DNA of 64,000 nucleotides, counting the filler, from Bonamia ostreae (Eukaryota), in the NCBI GenBank assembly GCA_040357525.1. It is 15 parts of 15 records of this genome, joined end to end, with 100 filler letters (N's around TTAATTAATTAA, not from the genome) between each part and the next. Parts side by side here need not be neighbours in the genome. Positions count along the whole stretch, not along the records: positions 56,273 to 60,463 come from JBDODL010000350.1; positions 60,564 to 64,000 come from JBDODL010000510.1; 13 more parts are not named here. One strand, 5' to 3'. The notes beneath the pieces were generated by a model. That model was not told the DNA's origin, searched no databases, and saw only the letters and a program-made list of their open reading frames with translations. The position numbers and the translations under genes are program-made. Numbering within the stretch: the stretch's first letter is position 1; each line of letters starts with the position of its first letter. Positions 56,273-64,000 of this stretch are shown piece by piece.

Positions 56273-59200
56273 ACGAATAAAAATCGTTTTTAGTGAAGAT
56301 GGACAATTTAGAAAAAAATTGTTATTCCAAGCAAAAAAAATCGCTTTTCAAAATAATTAAATTTCATAACAAATGAATAAAAAACCCGCCAACATTCGTT
56401 TTAGAAAAATCGAGCGGTTTTGAATATTGCGACGATTTAGTTTTTATCGAAAACAAAGCTGAAGTGTCAGCGTCTTTATTACCTCCACAATAATCAATGT
56501 TTGACCTTTTTCTAATTTCAAAAAACAATGTTACCAAAATTTTTAATTTAAAGTACATAATTTTTGATAAAATGTCATTTTAAACATTTTTTTTGAAAAT
56601 CGACGAATCCATTTTCTTCTTTTAAACAAATCGCCTTTTTGCTCTTTTTTCCGCCATTTGCCATTATTCGCTTTGTTTTTGAATTCGCAAAAATCAGCTC
56701 CTTTTTCTGTAACGCATATTTTCCAATCGCTCAGCCATTCGAAATCGTCATTTGGCAACAAAAATTCTTTTTTGTCTCTATTTTTAAATAACAAAAAACT
56801 TTTTGTTTCCAAATCCATCGCTCCATTCTCCATTAAAATTATTTTTTTCTCTCTTTTATTATTTGCAAAATTACATTTTTTAACAAAATCCAATTTTTGG
56901 CTTTTTTAAAATTTTCCCAAATTTCGAATTGCGAATCAAGTCGAATCGGTTGAATTTCACGTTTGTTCATAGAATATGTCAATTTAATTCCGGTTTTGTT
57001 CACAATTCTGTATTTTGCGTAAAAATCGATCAACATTTTCGATTTTTCTTTTGATCAAATTTAGTTAACTGAACAAATTTGGAAAATTAATACTTTTGCT
57101 TCAAATCCAAAAAACCTTGTTTTCCTTTCAAAAAACTTTTAATATCCACAAAAACTTTCAATTTGTTCCGGTCGTTTTTCATTAACACGTTTTCTGTTCT
57201 GTTCGTCTTTTTGTTGTCACCAATTTTTAGTTTTACAAATCTTAAGTTCACAATGAAACTTTGACCATTCGAAATTTGAAAATCGAATTGTTACAAAGAC
57301 CTTTTTGTCCATAATATCTTCACTTAAAAAAGCGCTTTCATTCGATAACAAAATTTTTTCACATTGAATTTTCGTCTTTTTCGCAAAAATTCGAATATGC
57401 AAAGGCAATTCAAAATTATTGATAATGCACAACGGCGGAAGAATGTAATAAGTTTCTCTTCCATCTTCATCGACACAACCCGATAACACGAATTGCTTCG
57501 TTTTGTAGCCTTTTTCACTCGTTAGGACAATTTGTTCGCTTTTCTTTTGTAGATTTTTGAGTAGAAAGCTTCTCGACAACAAGAAAGTTTTCGCTGTGAC
57601 AGAGAGAAAACAATTGTTTTTTGATTCGAAGAATGGCGGAAAAAAAGTTTTTGATTTTGATTTTGCGGTTTTTGTGGTTGTTTGTGAAGTTTGGTCGATT
57701 TTAATGTCGAAATCGATCTCGCTTTGGTTGTTTATTGCAACGCAAGAGGAGGCCGTTATCATTTTGATAATGTTTTTTTCCTTTGAAAATTTTGTTTTCA
57801 GAATGATTTTTCCAAGTCGCTCATTTCGTATTGAAAAGACGTTTAATGAAATTTTGCTTTTTTTGTTAAATTTCAAATTAACTGCGAAAACGGAAAAACA
57901 ATTTTTTATTAAATTCAAAATTTGCAAAATTTGCGAAAACAAATTTGAAAACAAAATTTGAAGATTAAATTCAAAATTTGGTAAAATTTTGTAATTTGCG
58001 AAAACGTTCAATTTTAAATTCAAAATTTTGTAATTTTCTAAAAATAAAAATTCTGAAATTACAAAAACATAAAAATGCAATTTTCGAATAAAATATTAAA
58101 CTTTAATCTTTTAGTTAACCGCGTAGAAACAGGCAAAACGGCTTTACCAAAATAAATTTGAATGTCAAAATCTTTTCTCTTCTTTTTGTCAAATTTCCCC
58201 AAAATCGTTTTGTTGCAAAAAACAATATTTTGTTCTTTAATGAAAAAATTTTTAAATCGGTAAAAACTTTGATTTTCTTCAAAGAATCGTTCAAACTCCA
58301 AATTATTGTCTTCCAAACGCATTTTTATTTTTGTGCCAGTTTTATTGCAAAATCCCCACATTGAGCAAATTGGTTTGTTATCTATCTTTTCAATGATCTT
58401 ATTTTCAAAATTTCCAAAAAAATTGTAATAGCGTTTTTTGTTGCAATATTGAACGCTTTTCAGCATTTCAGAAAAAGATTCGATGAGTGAAAAGGAAATA
58501 TTGAGATTGATCGGTTTGTAACTGCTTTGATCGGTTTCGATCTCTTTGAGACCACTTCCTTTCAAAATGGTGTTTTCTTTTTCAAGTTGTATTATGAAAC
58601 TGCTTTTCTCTAAAAAGGGCTCCCAAGTGAATATCTAATGTTTAAAAAATACAAACGCGTTGATTAAAGTAATTTATCGCGCACTCAAAATTGACTAAAC
58701 ATTGAGTTAAATTTAAATTTTTCGATTTTCCGGTGATTTTAATGATTCCTGTTTCAAAGTTCTTTGTTTAATGTTACAAAGAAAAAAATATAAAGATCGA
58801 ACAAATGTAAAAAAAGAATCACAAATTGTTAATTTGTAAAAATGATTTAAATGTAAAAACGACAAAAAATCATAAAAAATGTAAAAAAGATTTAAAAAAT
58901 TAAAAAAAATTACAAAAAAATGTAAAAACGATTAACGGAATCGGAGTTTGGAAAAAATCATTTGTCATCCGCACATTTACACCTTCAAACTGAACTTCGA
59001 AATCACAATTTCTCAAAAAAAGTTTTAACTGTCTTCCAAATTGTGCGCCATTTTTATTCGATTGCCACAAATCGCACAGAAAAAACAAAAATTTTAGCGC
59101 CACATTTGATTTTGCCTTTCCAAAAGCAATTTTAAGCAATTTTTTGTAATCACTTGTTGTCTCTTCAATTTTTATCAAAATTTTTGATAAATTTGCCAAT

Positions 59201-60463
59201 TCTCTCAAATTCTGTAAATTTTTTATTTGTACATTTTTCGATTTAAAATAAAAATCGCTCGCTTTTCGATTTAATTTGAGTTTTCCAAATAACACAATTA
59301 ATTCTTCAATTTTTTTCTTTTTTATTTTAAAATTTTAATAAAATCGCTGTAATTGCAAAACATTGTTACCAATCCCAAAAACAAATTTGAATGCGCCAAA
59401 ATTAAATTTAAAATCGACATGAAAAGTACTGTCAAATTTTTGAGAATTTTCAATTTGCAAATTCTCCATAAAAACAAAGCATTTTGCAACGAACATTGAA
59501 ATTGACATATTTTGTCGCTTTCGGTTACAATATGTTTTTCGACAGAAAATATGTTTTTTGGCTAAATTTGACGAATCGATTTTTTCCAAAATATTTTTGC
59601 TTCGGAAAAATATTTTTATCGCGTCAAAATAATCTTTTTCCATAATCATTATTTTCTTTATTTTAAAAAATTAGTCATTCGCAATTTTGACAAATTACAA
59701 AATTAAAAACGTCACAATTTACAAAAGCGTCGACAAAATCGGCGCAAAAAATTTTTGCTTCAAAATTTTTAACAACAATTCTATAACATACAAAATTCCG
59801 CCATTTCACCAAATTTATTTTTGAAAAATTGAATCCGATATTAAATTTAAGTCCGGATAAAAACGGTCGCGTTTTCTTTTTTTCAAAATTAAATGTATTC
59901 CTTTTTACTAAACTGTGCATTCTTTCATAATTAATCACTTTTTATTGCGATAATAAAAACAATTGATATCCTCTTCAATTTGGACATTTTTGTTTTTGAT
60001 CGTTACCAAAATTTTTTTCAAAAGAACGACATTTTCGTTTTCACAAACTCTTTTAATTACAAAATTTGCATTTTCCTCAAAACTCTCTTTTTCAAAATTA
60101 AATTTGATTATTTCTAATGTAAAATTTAATTTTTCGTTCAAAAAATCAATTTTTTCTTTTATTTTGTTTCTGAAATTTTCGACAAATTTCAAATGACTTT
60201 GGCTAAGATTTTGAATAATTTGTCTCAAATTTTTGAAAAGATTTGAGACAAAAACGCTTTCAAATTTTACTTTGGTCAGTTTTCGACTAAAATTTTTGAT
60301 CGCTGTAAAATTTATGACCAAAATTTGGATTTTTTCTTTTTCGGCCAATCTGAGATTTTGAAAAAGCGTGGAAAAATATTTTTTGTCACTATTTAGATAA
60401 CATTTGTTGCAAAAATAATCAATTTCGATTTTTTGGCCATTTTTTAATTTTACGACAATTTTT
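56273..60463 (-). CDS. VPS13: VPS13-family lipid transfer protein, internal fragment with DysF-like insert
   Basis: WEPFLEK, INLNISFSLIESF, PPLCIINNFELPL, YAKYRIVNKTGIKLTY (VAB/SHR-BD repeats), LPNDDFEWLSDWKI...RRKWIRR. Confidence 0.75.
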
Positions 60464-60563
60464 NNNNNNNNNNNNNNNNNNNNNNNNNNNNNNNNNNNNN
60501 NNNNNNNTTAATTAATTAANNNNNNNNNNNNNNNNNNNNNNNNNNNNNNNNNNNNNNNNNNNN

Positions 60564-62569
60564 TAAGAATAACAAGAAACTAAAAATTTAAGAACCGAAA
60601 AAGTAACAAAAAGCAAAAAAAATCAAACTTTTAAACAAGACATATTTCTGAGAGACCAAACTCTGACAGTTTTGTCACTAGAGCAACTCAACAAAATTTT
60701 CTCTCTCTGCAAAAACTTGACATCCCAAACTGCTTTCCGATGCCCGTTAAGCTCTCCTCTTACTTTCAAGTCGTCAAAATCTAGAACGAGAATAGCCGGA
60801 TTCGTTCTGGCGACAGCGACATATTTTTCATCGTCGGAAATCGCAACCGAATTTATTGAGTCGCTCGCAATCTTTACTGTGTCCACTGAACTCGTTTCGT
60901 TTGTCTCCTCCGAATCGCCATTTTCGATTTGCGGATTTTGGTTTTTAGTCAAAAATTTCGCAAGTGGCCATTTTTTGATGCACAAATCGTCGCTAGCGCT
61001 TAGCAAATTTTGGGTTTCGCAGGCGAACAGAATCGATTTGATTTTTGCGACATGTTCCTTCATAACGCCGATGCAGCTAAAAATGCTAAAATTTACATTT
61101 TTTTAGCCAGATCCCAAATTCTGATTTCGCCGTCGACTGAGCCGCTCGCCAAAATCGTTTTTTCCTTGTTAATATTGATGCTGAAAGTGCTTTTGGTGTG
61201 GCCAAATAACAAATCGGTTTCGAAGGTTTCCAAATTTACGATTTTTATCTATTTTTTACGATTTTTAAAAGTTGCTTTTTTGTATCAAAGTTGCAATTTC
61301 TGCTACGAAAAAATTGGTCATTTATTATTTTATGTGATTTTTGCTTTAGCGACTTAAAAAGTTTATGGTATTTATTATTTTAGATCAATGTTTTTTACAA
61401 AAAATTTCAGTCGAAAAAACTTCTGGACTGTTATCAATAAAAATAGCTGAATTTGATAATGGCAAAGCTAAAATTTGCTCAACACAATCAATTTTCCCTA
61501 ATTTCAATTTTTTTATTTTTAGCTTTTTTGTTTCCAATTCTTCGATTTTAGCCAAATTTCTGTCTTCCGTCAAAATAAAAAAATCTATCAATTATTTTTA
61601 TAAAATTTGATATTATCAAAAAAATTATTTTATTCGAATTTAAAATTTAGCCAGATTTACCTAATTTTTTCGGTATCTCTAAAAGTTGGAGCACTCTAGA
61701 ACTTGAAATCCGTTCAAATTTTGATGTGATTTTATTATCGACCGGATCAAAATATTTGACAAAACCGCTTTGACATGCAAAATAAAATCCTTTAAAGATC
61801 CCGTTTTCGCCCAAAACCGGTAAAATGTCTTCTGAGCTCTTTTCAAATTTGCAAAAAATTTTCCATTTTTTCAGTTTTACAAAAATTTTTACAATCAACA
61901 AACTTCTTGAACTAAAAATGTTTTTAAAATTTTCAGATTTTCGGATTTCCAAAGCGTCACAATTTTATCTCTAGCCGAAGACAAGATCAAGTTTTCGCCT
62001 TCGGATTCGAAAAATCTGAGACTGGTTACAGCGCTATAATGATTTTGCCTGTTTTGGCTAAGTTTTGTTTTTAGGTCCCATTTTATTATATTTCCGTCAT
62101 TGGCGCAACAGAGAATCGTAAAATCGTCTTTCCAAAACAATTTATTCAAAGAGTTTTTTAGAATTAATTGTTGTTTGACATATCCTTCAGAAATCGATAT
62201 CACTTTTACGACGTTCTTAAAGGACGCCAAAGCAGCCAATTCACCCGAAGGACTAATTTTGATGTCAGACAAATTTTTGAATCTCGAAACTAAAGTCTTT
62301 CTAAACGAAGATGTGTCCAAATCCCATAATTTTACAAAGCCGCTTTTGTTGGCCGCTAACAACAATCCGTTTTTGCAGTCAAACGCTACAAACGGATCTT
62401 GCTCTGAATGGCTTATTGTCTTTTCGACGTCCAAAGTTTTGGACGAGATAAAGACGATATCTCCTTTACAGCGACCGAGAATGAAGTCTTGGTCTTTTTC
62501 ATAAACGATTTTGCCGTCTGTACAGAACGACTTGATCGTGTTTTTGGGAGTCAATTCAGAAAGAGACAT
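60564..62569 (-). CDS. UTP13: U3 snoRNP WD40 protein UTP13/TBL3, 3'-partial
   Basis: HYSAVTSLRF, LILSSARDKIVTLW, INSVAISDDEKY, GHRKAVWDVKF...SCSSDKTVRVWSL..MSCLK. Confidence 0.85.
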
Positions 62570-62671
62570 GGAGCTTAATAATAAATCGGCTTTCGAAGAT
62601 CGATATTGTTATATCCGAAATTTGTATTATTAGAAAAACTAAATTTAAAGCTAAGTTTCTGGACACTAAAA

Positions 62672-64000
62672 ATGGTGTCGGTGATCAGTCATTTGGTAGA
62701 TTCTAACAACAAAAGTTGTAAAGGAGACGCAATTCCCTTTGACAAAAATACCTTCATCTGCATTGAAGGCGACACAGATCGAATAAACAAATTTGTGTAT
62801 CCAATCTGCCGTCAAATCGCAACAAAATTTGACTCAAAGTCAATAAACGATTTTATTGATGCAGAATTTGTGCCTTCCGTCTTCATAATAACACCTTCGA
62901 CAAAAGAAGCTCAAAATCTGAAATCAAATTTTGACAATATTTTGGAAAAATTCGAAAACAGTTATTCGATCATTTTAAAGTTCAAAATTTAATTTTTAAA
63001 AATTTCGAAGAACGATTTGTCTAAATTTCGACGATCAAATCGATAAAGAAAAACTAAAAAACAAAATAATCGGAATAACGACTCCGAAGCAATTTTTGTC
63101 ATTGACTAATTTGAAAATTCTGAATTTTGACAAAATCGATTTTTTGGCTTTTTACGATTTGTCTTCGCTGTTATTCTTCGGTCACCAAAAAGATATCGAA
63201 AATATTTGCGAAATTCACAACAAAAAACTGATTTTCGTCTCAAACCAAAATTACGAAAAATGTCTAAAATTCGTAAATAAGCTAAAGAAAAACTCCGAAA
63301 AATTAAGTATTTTAGGCGAAAAAATTTTGAAAAAATCCGAAAACTTAGATGTCGAAAAACTTGACAAAAATATAACAAAAAACGATTTGAAACATTTTTT
63401 TGTCAAATTTGCAAATTTTTCGGACAAATTTTTAATAATATTTTGTCTTTTTAAGCTCGGTTTAGCAACCGGAAAAGCTTTAATTTTGGCAAAAGATATT
63501 TTTGAAAGTTACAAAATAAAAATATTTTTAAACAAATTTTCGATTAGTTGTCAAGTTTTCAACGGCAATTTGCCGTCCGATTTTAGTGATTTTGTTTATC
63601 AAAACTTTTGCAAAGGATTGACAAGTTTTGGCTAAATTTTTTGTTTAACTAGCAAATTTCAAATTTAATATTTGCTATTTTTCGAAAAGATATTTTGATA
63701 ACGACAAAAACACAAATTAACAATTATTCCGAAACAAAAAACTTCAAAGCTAAAGTTCTGATAAATTTTAGCAATGCCAAAATTGACTTCGCAAAAATCT
63801 GTTTTAATATCAAACTTTAGTTGATCCAAAATTAAGTTGTGTAAACCTGTTTTTGGTCGACAAAGCAGACAAAAAAGCGTTTTCAAAAATGTTTTTAAAA
63901 TTGGCAAAATTTAGTAAAAGCAGTTTTGAAGCAAATCCACTAAGTTTGGATTTTGGAGACATCAACTCTTTTAGATATCGAGTTGAAAATGTTTTGGCGA
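62672..64000 (+). CDS. DBP9: DBP9/DDX56-like helicase-fold protein with degenerate ATPase motifs, 3'-partial
   Basis: GKALILAKDIFESYKIKIFLNKFSISCQVFNGNLP and LDFGDINSFRYRVENVL match DBP9/DDX56-specific blocks. Confidence 0.7.

Noticed and set aside
1-64000. Alternative genetic code or programmed frameshifting to explain fragmented ORFs
   Set aside because: Wherever I checked, frame breaks resolve cleanly as short GT-AG (one GC-AG) introns, and TAA, TAG and TGA all end recognisable genes.

Overview
This window is not one locus. It is a pseudo-scaffold of about 15 unrelated contigs of ~4.2 kb, in order of decreasing length, joined by artificial 100-nt linkers (N44-TTAATTAATTAA-N44); adjacency across linkers has no biological meaning. 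Fourteen contigs come from a very AT-rich, gene-dense unicellular eukaryote that uses the standard genetic code and has divergent proteins. Many of its spliceosomal introns are tiny (19-25 nt) and mostly start GTTT, so the ORF track fragments most genes; I re-spliced them by eye. A compact parasitic protist such as an ascetosporean (e.g. Bonamia) is my guess, not something I can show here. Recognisable genes: RRP9, RPL17, eIF2B-delta, calpain, UTP23, tRNA-Leu(CAA), PTC7, LYRM7/MZM1-like, cullin, DHHC palmitoyltransferase, RING-H2 ligase, auxilin-like, CDC45, triple HMG-box, DNAJC2, SAC1, class I HDAC, TFB2, DCAF-like WD40, VPS13, UTP13 and a degenerate DBP9. Contig 30444-34662 is clearly foreign. 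It is intronless and CpG-poor, has Shine-Dalgarno sites, and carries divergent ORFan genes around a 25-bp palindrome with back-to-back TATAAT boxes, which looks like an unknown phage or bacterial symbiont module. Other notable signals are a tRNA-derived SINE-like family (27854 and 11061), a LINE relic, an AAGCT motif just upstream of many start codons, a tandem pseudokinase, a PI3K p101-like protein and several candidate structured RNAs. All family assignments come from recalled motifs, not database searches.
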